64,000 nucleotides of DNA from an uncultured Pseudomonadales bacterium (GTDB lineage: Bacteria > Patescibacteriota > Microgenomatia > UBA1400 > PJMF01), in the NCBI GenBank assembly GCA_964583625.1, contig CAZOVA010000001.1, positions 159,349 through 223,348 of the forward strand. Reading direction: 5' to 3'. The notes beneath the pieces are model-generated. The model had not been told where the DNA came from. It saw only the letters and a program-made list of their open reading frames with translations, and did no database searches. Positions 8,651 to 17,840 of this stretch are shown piece after piece (the first letter of the stretch is position 1; each line of letters opens with the position of its first letter). A program made the translations under genes and the position numbers.

Positions 8651-11600
8651 ATGTCTTCGTTTAGCGACCATTTTCAAAGTGAGTTACAAAAATTAAATCC
8701 GCAACAGAGAGAGGCAGTAGAGTCTTTGGAGGGACCAGTCCTAGTTTTTGCTGGTCCAGGAACGGGTAAAACTCAAGTTTTGACCTTGCGGATTGCCAAT
8801 CTTATTGATCAAGGCTTAGCTGGCCCAGAAAATATCTTAGCCCTTACTTTTACTAAGGCAGCAGCAGCTAACATGCAAAAAAGATTGGCAGAATTGATTG
8901 GCATGACCGCTTTTTCTGTCACCTGTCAAACTTTTCATGGCTTTTGCCAGGAAATCATTACGGCTCACGGTGAAGATTTCCCTTTTGCTTATGAGAGTCA
9001 AGTTTTGGATGAGCTGACTGCTAGGGAAATAATGGAAGAGATAATTGACAGTTTACCTTTGCAAATTTTGCGTCCAGCGGGGGATAAATTTCATTATCTC
9101 AAAACCCTATTAGATAAAATTAATGCTTTAAAACAAGAAAATATTACTGTAGACAAATATGCCGTCCTCTTGGAAGCCGCTCGTCAAGAACAACTCGATT
9201 TTATAGCTCAAGAACAAAGTAAGAAAAAACCCAGACAAGGGGAAATCATCAAAAGCCAAAAAAAACTGCAAAAGCAAGAGGAGTTATTATTGGTTTACAC
9301 TGCTTATCAAAAAGAGATACAAGCAAAGGGCTTTCATGACTATGCTGATATTATTTTACGCACCATTGATGTTTTAAAAAATAAAACTGAACTTTTAAGT
9401 TCTTATCAGGAACAATTTCAATATCTACTAATAGATGAATATCAAGATGCTAATAATGCTCAAAGTCAACTAGCTCAGCTTTTGACATCCTATTGGCAAG
9501 ATCAAGCTAATATTTTTGCTGTTGGGGATGCTCAGCAGTCAATTTACCGTTTCCAAGGAGCAAATTTGGAAAATTTTCTTCATTTTAAAAAGATTTATCC
9601 AGAAGCTAAAGTAATTGAACTCAAAACTGGCTACCGTTGTGGCGATTATCATTATCAGTTAGCGCAGACATTGTTTGACACCGCTGAAGGGGAGCAAAAA
9701 TTATTACCAGTCAGTGGTGAACCTTTGCAAAATTTTGCTCGACGCAAAGGGGAAGCGACCGCCATCACCTCTTATCCCAATCGATTAACAGAGCTCTTAG
9801 AATTAGCGGAAAGAATTCAAAGTTTGCACCAGGAAGGGGTACCTTGGGAAGAGATGGCTGTTTTATACCGGAATAATAATGAATCAGAGGATATTTTGAC
9901 CGTTTTAACTCAGTATCAAATTCCTGTGGAGATAGAGGGGGGGACAGATGTCTTAGCTCAAGAAATAATTAATCAATGGCTCATGTTGTGGCGTTTTTTT
10001 GCAACCGTAGATGATAAGCGACTACATGATTATTATTTAGGACAAATTCTTTGGCAACCATGGTGGAATTTGGACCCCTTAGAGATTATGCAAGTTTTGC
10101 AAACAGCCAAAAAAGAAAAACAAAACTTATTAACAGTCATGTTGCAAACAAAAGACAAAAATCAGAACTCCTCAAAGCGGTGGACAGTTAATAAGCTGGC
10201 TCAACAATTGAGCAAATGGTTAAAAGATAGTTATGAACAAAAAGCTGATCGTTTCAATCAACAATTGATGCAGGACAGCCAACTTTTACCTTTTCTCGCT
10301 CAGCAAAAAAACTATTTACCTTTATTAACTTATTTTTATAGTTTGCAAAAAAGATTGCAGTCCTGGGTCAGTAAAAGTCAATCACCACTATTACTTTCTC
10401 AAGCTCTTAGTAAAATTGATTTAATGCAAAACCATCATCTCAAATTGGAAGCGCAAGATCTGAATTTAGGCGAGGGAGCAGTGGCTTTGGCTACAGCTCA
10501 TAAAGCTAAGGGGAGAGAATGGCAGTATGTTTTTTTAGTTGGTTTAAATAAAAATAATTGGCACAAAAAAGATCGCCAACTTTTACCTTTACCTGAAGGA
10601 ATTATGACCTTGCAAACCATCGGTCATGAGGAAAAAGAAGACGAAACTAAGAGATTACTTTTTGTGGCTTTGACTAGAGCAAAAAATAAAACCTTTATTA
10701 GTTGGCATGAACAGGAAGAAGAAGAATCTTTAAGTCCTCCCAAATTGCCATCTCCTTTAGTTTACCTTCTAAAAGAAAAGGCGCCGTCACACACTTGGAA
10801 AGAAGTATCCAGTCAGGTGACTGGCGAAAAAACACAGGCGGCGATGACAACCTTATTGCAATTACCTCCAGAGCATGATTTTTCGGTGGCGGCGCGGCGC
10901 TTTCTTCACCAACAAGCAAAAAAATTAATTATGTCTCCTTCCGTTTTGAACGCTTATTTAGAGGATCAAGATTCTTTTTGGCAAAATTATCTTCTTGACG
11001 CTCCGCTAGAACCCACTACGCCAGCAAAAGAGTTTGGTAGTAGTTTACATTTTGCCTTAGAAAAACTATATCAACCTCGGACTAGGAATGAAGGGTTTTT
11101 ACCTCTAGATCAAGTGCAAAAAATTTTTGCACAAGACTTTTTGCAAAAAGATATTGATGAGGCAAGTAAAAAAAGCTTCCTAGCTTTAGGTAAACAATCA
11201 TTAGCTGCTTATATTCAAACCTACGGTCAAACGGATCTCGAAACTAAAACTTTGGCAGTGGAAAAAAAATTTGGTTATCAATTCAAATTACAAGTTCAAG
11301 GGGTCCCAATCAAAGGAAAAATTGATCGTTTAGATTTTATTGACGACAAGCATCAAACCTTGCGGGTTATTGATTATAAATCAAGCAGTTATTTTAGTTT
11401 GAATGCCTTACTCTCCGGAGAATTTGGTCGAAAAAAACTCAGTGAAAGAGAAAAATTATTGCCTTCTTTTTTACAAAGTAGTATCAAAAGACAATTACTT
11501 TTTTATAAACTTTTATGCCAACTGGAACCGAACTTTCCTTATCAAGTTGAAATTGGAGCAATTGACTTTATCAAAAAATCTAGTTCTGAGAAAAAACTAG

Positions 11601-11707
11601 TGCGTCATCAAATTTCTCTTCCCAATGAAGAAGTAGAAGCTTTGAAAAATTTAATTAAAGAAATTTATGATGAAATTTTATCTTTAAAATTTTTATCGAT
11701 TGATTAA
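8651..11707 (+). CDS. UvrD/PcrA-type SF1 helicase fused to C-terminal RecB-family PD-(D/E)xK nuclease (AddA-like single-chain helicase-nuclease)
   Basis: Helicase motifs I GPGTGKT, II DEYQD, III GDAQQSIYRFQGA, VI VALTRAK. C-terminal nuclease motifs GSSLHFALE, GKIDRLDFID, VIDYKSS, QLLFYKLL. Confidence 0.8.
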   Translation: MSSFSDHFQSELQKLNPQQREAVESLEGPVLVFAGPGTGKTQVLTLRIANLIDQGLAGPENILALTFTKAAAANMQKRLAELIGMTAFSVTCQTFHGFCQEIITAHGEDFPFAYESQVLDELTAREIMEEIIDSLPLQILRPAGDKFHYLKTLLDKINALKQENITVDKYAVLLEAARQEQLDFIAQEQSKKKPRQGEIIKSQKKLQKQEELLLVYTAYQKEIQAKGFHDYADIILRTIDVLKNKTELLSSYQEQFQYLLIDEYQDANNAQSQLAQLLTSYWQDQANIFAVGDAQQSIYRFQGANLENFLHFKKIYPEAKVIELKTGYRCGDYHYQLAQTLFDTAEGEQKLLPVSGEPLQNFARRKGEATAITSYPNRLTELLELAERIQSLHQEGVPWEEMAVLYRNNNESEDILTVLTQYQIPVEIEGGTDVLAQEIINQWLMLWRFFATVDDKRLHDYYLGQILWQPWWNLDPLEIMQVLQTAKKEKQNLLTVMLQTKDKNQNSSKRWTVNKLAQQLSKWLKDSYEQKADRFNQQLMQDSQLLPFLAQQKNYLPLLTYFYSLQKRLQSWVSKSQSPLLLSQALSKIDLMQNHHLKLEAQDLNLGEGAVALATAHKAKGREWQYVFLVGLNKNNWHKKDRQLLPLPEGIMTLQTIGHEEKEDETKRLLFVALTRAKNKTFISWHEQEEEESLSPPKLPSPLVYLLKEKAPSHTWKEVSSQVTGEKTQAAMTTLLQLPPEHDFSVAARRFLHQQAKKLIMSPSVLNAYLEDQDSFWQNYLLDAPLEPTTPAKEFGSSLHFALEKLYQPRTRNEGFLPLDQVQKIFAQDFLQKDIDEASKKSFLALGKQSLAAYIQTYGQTDLETKTLAVEKKFGYQFKLQVQGVPIKGKIDRLDFIDDKHQTLRVIDYKSSSYFSLNALLSGEFGRKKLSEREKLLPSFLQSSIKRQLLFYKLLCQLEPNFPYQVEIGAIDFIKKSSSEKKLVRHQISLPNEEVEALKNLIKEIYDEILSLKFLSID

Positions 11708-11726
11708 AATGTGTTAAACTATTTTT

Positions 11727-13601
11727 ATGGAAAATAATCATCACTCTCCAACAGAACAAAACCCTTCTGTCTTTAAAGGAGAGTCTGTTAAGGAAAACTT
11801 TCAATCAGCTCTTGAAGAAAATACTCCAACTCCTCAACAATTACAAGAACTGGTAGCGGCTTTAAGCGAATCTCTTTATGTTCCCTTAGGAAATCTATAT
11901 TTAAGCGATACTGATATTGGTAGAGAATATGAAGCTTTAAGTGAATCTTTTGATAAAGCTAAAAAAGAACTTTTGCAGTTATTAGATAATAATAATTTAT
12001 CAGCAGAGGATAAAATTTATTTAATTCGAAACTTTTATTTCAGAATGATTGCTGATGGGATAATGTCACCCCTAGAGACAGCTAGCGGTCAATTGGCTCT
12101 AAGAACTTTGGAAGAAAGAGATATTAAAGAGTCGAGAGATATTCATTTGTCAATTATGAGAGGTCAGGGTATTTCTGAGGAAAAAATCTTGGACATTCTT
12201 CAACAAAAAGATGAAGAATTTCGCATTCGAGCTCGTGAGCGTGCTTTAAAAGGAATGGAAAGGACCGGTCTAAATTTTGCTTTGGAAGGATTGAGACAGC
12301 AAAAAGCTGATAATGTAAAAAAAGCTTTTAATGCTTTTTTACAAGAAAATGAAATAAAAAATTCGGTTGCAGTCAGAGAAATAATGCTTAATGAAGAAAA
12401 CCAAATAACTAATCAGTCTCAATTGGAGACAGATTTTGCCGATGGTAACTTTCTTTTTCATAGCACTGGAGTAGATAAGGCTTTGCAAATTTTACAATCA
12501 GGTTTTTTAGTTAATAGCTTAGCTTTACGAAAACAAGGAAAAGCTTTAAACGGAGCGACTAATAATTCTGGCATCGAGGGCATTTCTTGGAGTTTGAATC
12601 AAATCAGCGCCATGCCAGGAGATCGCTATCATCTAGTAGGCTTTGTCAGCAATATTGATAGTATTTTAGCCAATGATATGCAACTCACTGTACCTTCGCG
12701 CGCTGCTCCTTATGAAGTTATTCAGGTGGGAAAAGATTTGTCGGCCCAGGATTTTTATGCCTATAAAAATCAACTTGAACTGTATGAGGATTTTGGTTTT
12801 GGTGATAAAAATAGTGTTTTGTCCAATTTGATATTTCTTAGGTCTGAAGCAGATAATCAAGGGGACAAAGCAACAATTTTTCCTTCAATGATTTTAGAAA
12901 AATTAAAGTCAGAACCAGAATTTTTTCTCCAGGAAGAAAATTTAGATCAATACTATTCTTTTGAGGGAGACAGTATTTTACTAAGTGAAGATTTATTACA
13001 ACAAACAGAAATTCCCACTGGCTTAGTTTTTTTAAGAGCATTGATAAAAAGCGGGCAACTTCAGGCCCTTCATCGTTTTAGTGGAGTTGAAAATTTGAGT
13101 CAGGCAGTAGAGGTTTTGCGTAACAAAGAAGCTTATGATGATTTTATGAATGTTTTTAATAAACAAATCAAGAAAAATAGCCAGGAGATGAATAAATTTG
13201 ATGGACAAATAAAGCCTTTGGCCCAACCAGTTTCTGAAATGTTTTTTGTGGTTCCCGATCATGATTTGTCTTCTTGGAAAGAAATATTATCTCGTTGCGC
13301 GCAACAACCAAAAGGACTTTTGATTTATGATGGACAAAAAGTTCGTTTAGAAAATTTTGCTTCTCGTCACAGCGGTGACCATAATCAATTAACTCAAATT
13401 TTACGTCAGGCTATTCCGGCTAAAAGTGAAGCAGAAGGAGGTTTGAGTTATGGTCAATATTTCTTACAAAAAGACATGGCTACGACTGGAAGGACAGGTC
13501 ATCGTCTCCATGTTTTGAGAGAAAAAGATACTCAGAACCGTCAAACATTAACCAAAGAAAAATGGTTGGATTATAAAAAAAGTTTAGCAAACGATACCTA
13601 A
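11727..13601 (+). CDS. Acidic cytoplasmic hypothetical protein (624 aa) with a candidate ADP-ribosyltransferase/Tpt1-like H-Y-E motif set in its middle
   Basis: 20 nt downstream of the helicase-nuclease. FLFHSTGVDKALQILQSGF resembles PARP/Tpt1 'HG[ST]...IL..G[LF]'. Downstream GISWS and PYEVIQ sit at plausible Y/E positions. No signal peptide or TM. Confidence 0.4.
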   Translation: MENNHHSPTEQNPSVFKGESVKENFQSALEENTPTPQQLQELVAALSESLYVPLGNLYLSDTDIGREYEALSESFDKAKKELLQLLDNNNLSAEDKIYLIRNFYFRMIADGIMSPLETASGQLALRTLEERDIKESRDIHLSIMRGQGISEEKILDILQQKDEEFRIRARERALKGMERTGLNFALEGLRQQKADNVKKAFNAFLQENEIKNSVAVREIMLNEENQITNQSQLETDFADGNFLFHSTGVDKALQILQSGFLVNSLALRKQGKALNGATNNSGIEGISWSLNQISAMPGDRYHLVGFVSNIDSILANDMQLTVPSRAAPYEVIQVGKDLSAQDFYAYKNQLELYEDFGFGDKNSVLSNLIFLRSEADNQGDKATIFPSMILEKLKSEPEFFLQEENLDQYYSFEGDSILLSEDLLQQTEIPTGLVFLRALIKSGQLQALHRFSGVENLSQAVEVLRNKEAYDDFMNVFNKQIKKNSQEMNKFDGQIKPLAQPVSEMFFVVPDHDLSSWKEILSRCAQQPKGLLIYDGQKVRLENFASRHSGDHNQLTQILRQAIPAKSEAEGGLSYGQYFLQKDMATTGRTGHRLHVLREKDTQNRQTLTKEKWLDYKKSLANDT

Positions 13602-13715
13602 AATAATTTTTTTAAACTCTATTATAAAAAATTGTTTATTAATCAATACTTTTGAGTTATTAGGTTTGTAATGACTTTATTAGTGAATGAAATTTATTAA
13701 CAATAAATGGGCAGA

Positions 13716-14333
13716 TTATTGGAAAAGTCTTGGCCTGCCTAATTTATAAACCAAATTGGTTGCCCTTTCACCCAAAGGTTTAGCTGGGATACCAGCAACA
13801 ATGGTTTTGGCTGGGACATTTTTAGTTACAATTGCTCCAGCAGCAACCACCGCTCCTTTGCCAATCGTAACTCCAGGTAAGATAATTGCCCTGGGTCCAA
13901 TAAAAACATAATCTTCAATAACAATTGGTTCTTCAATAGCTGACCAAGCACTATCTTTAAGGTCGTGTTCGCTTGTCCACAGCATTACTTCACTGGCGAT
14001 ATCGACATGATTACCAATTTTTAAACCTCCCTGAGAATTAGGTAATTGTCTTCTCCCATCTAAAGTGGCTTTTTCGCCAATCAAAGTGTCATCGCCAATG
14101 GTGATATGTCTAGGATCATAAATACGAGCTTGCATATGAATGGCAGAGCCACGACCAATTTTCATCCCACTTAGGCGATAAAAGAACTTACGTAAAATAT
14201 GAGAAGGTAAATTACCGACAAACCACCAAAGAAAGCCAGTTAAAAACTCCAAGTACCAAGCTAAAAAACGTCCCTTTATTTTTTCTTGGATTTGTTTTTG
14301 GTTAAGCTTCTTTCCATCCTTATCTTTGATCAT
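13716..14333 (-). CDS. Left-handed beta-helix (hexapeptide-repeat) acyl/acetyltransferase, membrane-associated N-terminus (WcaF/galactoside-O-acetyltransferase-like)
   Basis: Repeated [LIV]GxxxxIG hexapeptide repeats ([32 protein letters not shown]). Hydrophobic N-terminal segment. Confidence 0.75.
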   Translation of the reverse strand: MIKDKDGKKLNQKQIQEKIKGRFLAWYLEFLTGFLWWFVGNLPSHILRKFFYRLSGMKIGRGSAIHMQARIYDPRHITIGDDTLIGEKATLDGRRQLPNSQGGLKIGNHVDIASEVMLWTSEHDLKDSAWSAIEEPIVIEDYVFIGPRAIILPGVTIGKGAVVAAGAIVTKNVPAKTIVAGIPAKPLGERATNLVYKLGRPRLFQ

Positions 14334-14365
14334 AGATAAAAAGATTATACTATAAAAAACTTAAA

Positions 14366-14398
14366 TAAAAATAAGCCCCGCCCTCAAAGAGGGCGGGG
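14366..14398 (-). terminator. Rho-independent terminator (CCCCGCCCT/AGGGCGGGG stem, U-run on minus strand) downstream of the DsbA-like gene
   Basis: GC-rich 9-bp hairpin with an A-run on the + strand (T-run on the minus strand), immediately 3' of the minus-strand gene ending at 14425. Confidence 0.6.
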
Positions 14399-14424
14399 TT
14401 AAAAGGGTTAACAAAACTTGTATC

Positions 14425-15510
14425 TTAGATCTCGCAACTAGCTCCAGGTGTCTCACTGGCACAACAGATCATTTGTTGATAGGCTTCAGCGGTACGACCT
14501 CCGAAATCGAAGTCTGCCACTGCCTGCTCATCATTCATAAAGAAACTTGGAGTTCCTTGAATGGCATGTTGGTTGGCTGCCTCGAAATCAGCTTTAATGG
14601 CTGTTAAACCACTACCATCAGTCATACAAGCATCAACAACAGCAGTATTGACTTTGGCGGTTGTTTGACACTTAGTAGTTTCGCCTTCATTCACCATACA
14701 ACCAATGTAATCCCAAAAGGTGTTAGGATCTTTTTTTCGGATACAAACCTGACGGAGATTTTCTGTTCCGCTTTCTTCACCTCCTAAAAAGGAGATAACT
14801 TTATTATCAGCATCAACCGTGCCGGTATAATTCAACTTTAGGTTTTTAGCTAAATCTGGATTATTTTTTATAGCTTGGGCCATAGCTTCTTCTGCATCTT
14901 GACAATGTCCGCAGTCGGAGGTGACATAAGCAACCAATTTTGGTTCGGCTACTTTATTCAAGGTTTCACAGGTTGCAGTCTCTGTATTGGCAGTTTGATC
15001 AGAACCAGCTCCGTCTTGTAAAAAGTCTTCTACTATGATACCAGTGTCAACAAAGAAGCGCTTCCCATCTTTGGTTACTGCAGAGGTAAATTCTTCATCA
15101 TAGTCTTTGAATTTTATTGAGAAAGTGAATAAACCATTTTCCTCTTTAAGTTTGCCCAATTGCTCAACTTCCATTCCTCCACCTAAATTTCCTACCAATC
15201 CAGGCAAAAATTTATTAATTTTACTGATCTGGATTTGATCTTTGATGGTATTTCCAATAATAATTGCCGCCACGGTTAATAAAACTGCACCAATAAAAGT
15301 ACCCCAGGCAAATCGACCACTATTTGTTTTTTGTTGTTTTTGTGTTTGTTGCATTTCCATCTTTTTCAATTCTTTTTTCGCTTCTTCAACGATATCTACT
15401 TTTTTAACTGTTGGCTTAGAGCTTTTTTTTGCTGGTTTAGATGATGCCTTTCTAACCATTTTATTTTTTTTCTTTTCTGCCATAATGTCATTACATCTAA
15501 TTTGATTCAA
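14425..15510 (-). CDS. Membrane-anchored thiol:disulfide oxidoreductase, DsbA/thioredoxin fold with PDI-like CGHC active site
   Basis: Lys-rich cytoplasmic N-tail, one TM (FAWGTFIGAVLLTVAAIIIG), extracytoplasmic domain with SDCGHCQ motif. Additional Cys pairs near the C-terminus (CCASETPGASC). An internal alternative start at ~15483 is possible. Confidence 0.7.
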   Translation of the reverse strand: MNQIRCNDIMAEKKKNKMVRKASSKPAKKSSKPTVKKVDIVEEAKKELKKMEMQQTQKQQKTNSGRFAWGTFIGAVLLTVAAIIIGNTIKDQIQISKINKFLPGLVGNLGGGMEVEQLGKLKEENGLFTFSIKFKDYDEEFTSAVTKDGKRFFVDTGIIVEDFLQDGAGSDQTANTETATCETLNKVAEPKLVAYVTSDCGHCQDAEEAMAQAIKNNPDLAKNLKLNYTGTVDADNKVISFLGGEESGTENLRQVCIRKKDPNTFWDYIGCMVNEGETTKCQTTAKVNTAVVDACMTDGSGLTAIKADFEAANQHAIQGTPSFFMNDEQAVADFDFGGRTAEAYQQMICCASETPGASCEI

Positions 15511-15700
15511 ACTTTTTGAACAAAAGATTTTATCAAACCAGAGTTTCCTTTCTTTTTATTTTTTTTCTAAAATATACACAAACCAAAGATAGACAAAAAA
15601 CTGTCTCACTGTAATTTATAACATTTTTTTAATTTGTCAAGAAGTAAAAATTGTTTTAAAACTAATCAAACCTCAGCAGCTTAATAAAAAAGATGCTATA

Positions 15701-16048
15701 ATGAGATCTATGTCAAAGCTTTATTTTTTTCTATTATCGACGGTTTCTTTAGTTATTTCTGCTTTTGTTATACCAGGTGTGAGATTGGCCAATTTTGCTA
15801 GTGCATTGGTGGCGGTGATTATGATTAGTTTAGTGAACATTTTTATTAAACCAGTTTTACAGCTTCTAGCTTTTCCGCTCAATATTTTTACTTTAGGACT
15901 CTTTTCTTTGGTCGTCAATGGTTTGCTATTTTTACTAGTGGCAGCAATTGTGCCTGGCTTTGAAATAGCCAATCTTTGGTGGGCTATTTTGATGGCTGTC
16001 GTCTACTCAATTATCACTGCTTTTTTGGCTTATATTTTTGATGAATAG
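15701..16048 (+). CDS. Small 4-TM membrane protein of the 'phage holin family 4_2'/YvlD-like (DUF360) type
   Basis: 115 aa, four hydrophobic helices, VPGxxxxxFxxAL...PGFE pattern characteristic of this family. Confidence 0.55.
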   Translation: MRSMSKLYFFLLSTVSLVISAFVIPGVRLANFASALVAVIMISLVNIFIKPVLQLLAFPLNIFTLGLFSLVVNGLLFLLVAAIVPGFEIANLWWAILMAVVYSIITAFLAYIFDE

Positions 16049-16103
16049 AGTTTTATAGTGAGGAAAATAATTTTAAATTGGAGAGAGATGATTTAATTTA
16101 TTT

Positions 16104-17138
16104 ATGAAAGATTTTTTTATTAAACTTAAACACTGGTTAAAAAAGAACTATAAAAAAATTATTGTTTTTATTTTAATTCTAATTTTATTAATTTTTTGGT
16201 GGCAAAAAAAAGAAACAAATCAAGAAGTTTGGGAAACCATCTATCCTCAAGAAGAAGATTTGCTTACCTCTTTAACTGTTTCTGGCAAGATAGATGCCAC
16301 AAGTCGAGTGCGATTATTTTTTAGTGCTGGAGGGAAACTTACTTATCTTGGAGCGAAAGAGGGAGATGTAGTAAAGAAATGGCAAAGAATTGCCACTATT
16401 GATCAAGCAGCCCTAAACAAGCAAATGCAGCAAAACCTCAATCTTTATATGAAAGAGCGTTATCAGTTTGAAGATGTTAAAGATGATAATAAAGATAAAA
16501 TCCTAGACACTAAAGAAACAAGAGCCTTTGCTCAAAAACAATTTGATTTAGATAATAGCGTTCTCAATGTAGAACTGCAACAGATAGCTATTAATAATAC
16601 TGCTTTAAATGCCCCTTTTGCTGGAATCATGACAGTTGTCCCAAAAACTGTAGCTGGGGTAGCAATTTCTCCAACAGAATTTTTCGAGATCACTGATCCT
16701 AATACTTTGGTTTTTCGAGCCACAGTAGATGAGGTGGATATTAGCCAATTAAGAAAAGGCTTGGAAGCGACAATTGTTTTGGATGCCTATGAGGACGAAG
16801 AAATAAAAACTCAAATTTCTTTTATTTCTTATGTTAGTGCGGAATCAACTACTGGGACAGTTTTTTTAGTGGAATTTCCATTTAATAGCAATGACTTAAA
16901 CAAATATCGTCTGGGGATGAATGGCGATGTTACAATCAAATTGGCAGAGAAAAAATCAGTCTTAACCCTGCCTTTGGAAGCAATTATTGAACGGGATGAT
17001 AAAAAATTTGTTTACCTAAAAAATCAAGAGACTGGGGAAAAAGTTGAACAAGAAATTACGACTGGTCTGGAAAATGATGAAAAAGTGGAGGTCACATCTG
17101 GTTTAAACCCCAATCAAGAAATTATTTTACCAGATTAA
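16104..17138 (+). CDS. Efflux periplasmic adaptor (HlyD/MacA-like membrane fusion protein)
   Basis: N-terminal TM, coiled-coil/lipoyl-like segments, beta-barrel C-terminus. First gene of the operon with the ABC ATPase and FtsX-type permease. Confidence 0.75.
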   Translation: MKDFFIKLKHWLKKNYKKIIVFILILILLIFWWQKKETNQEVWETIYPQEEDLLTSLTVSGKIDATSRVRLFFSAGGKLTYLGAKEGDVVKKWQRIATIDQAALNKQMQQNLNLYMKERYQFEDVKDDNKDKILDTKETRAFAQKQFDLDNSVLNVELQQIAINNTALNAPFAGIMTVVPKTVAGVAISPTEFFEITDPNTLVFRATVDEVDISQLRKGLEATIVLDAYEDEEIKTQISFISYVSAESTTGTVFLVEFPFNSNDLNKYRLGMNGDVTIKLAEKKSVLTLPLEAIIERDDKKFVYLKNQETGEKVEQEITTGLENDEKVEVTSGLNPNQEIILPD

Positions 17139-17147
17139 AGCAAAGTT

Positions 17148-17840
17148 ATGGCTTTACTAAGACTATCTAAAGTGAATAAAGATTATCAAGTAGGGGATAC
17201 TCTTATAAAAGCACTTGACAATATCAACTTAGAAATCGAAGAAAAAGAATTTATCGCTATTATGGGCGTTTCTGGTTCTGGTAAATCTACTTTTTTACAG
17301 GTAGCTAGCATGCTGGCCGAACCCACTAGCGGAAAAATTTATTTAAATGGAAAAGAAGTGTCATCTTTCAATGAAAAACAGCGTGCTCGCTTGCGCAATC
17401 AACAAATTGGTTTTATTTTTCAAGCCTTCAATCTTTTAGCCCGTACTAGCGCTTTGGATAATGTTTTACTGCCTCTTTTTTATGCTGGTGAAGACGTCAA
17501 TAGCAGAAAAATAAAAGAAAGAGGGATTGCTATTTTGGAAAAAATTGGTTTAGGAGACCGACTAAATAATACTCCCGCCCAACTTTCTGGCGGGCAACAG
17601 CAAAGAGTGGCGATTGCGCGTGCCCTGGTTAATAATCCATCTTTGATTTTCGCTGATGAGCCAACGGGCAATCTTGATTCTAAAAGTACTGAAGATATTA
17701 AAAAGATTCTCACTCAACTTCATCGTGAAGGAAAAACGATCGTCATGGTAACTCACGAAGAAGACATTGCTGACATCGCTCAAAGGAAGGTTATTTTTAA
17801 GGATGGAAAAATTATTAGTGATAGTCAACAAAAAAAATGA
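17148..17840 (+). CDS. ABC transporter ATP-binding protein (MacB/LolD-type)
   Basis: Walker [10 protein letters not shown], signature [15 protein letters not shown], Walker [13 protein letters not shown]. Confidence 0.9.
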   Translation: MALLRLSKVNKDYQVGDTLIKALDNINLEIEEKEFIAIMGVSGSGKSTFLQVASMLAEPTSGKIYLNGKEVSSFNEKQRARLRNQQIGFIFQAFNLLARTSALDNVLLPLFYAGEDVNSRKIKERGIAILEKIGLGDRLNNTPAQLSGGQQQRVAIARALVNNPSLIFADEPTGNLDSKSTEDIKKILTQLHREGKTIVMVTHEEDIADIAQRKVIFKDGKIISDSQQKK

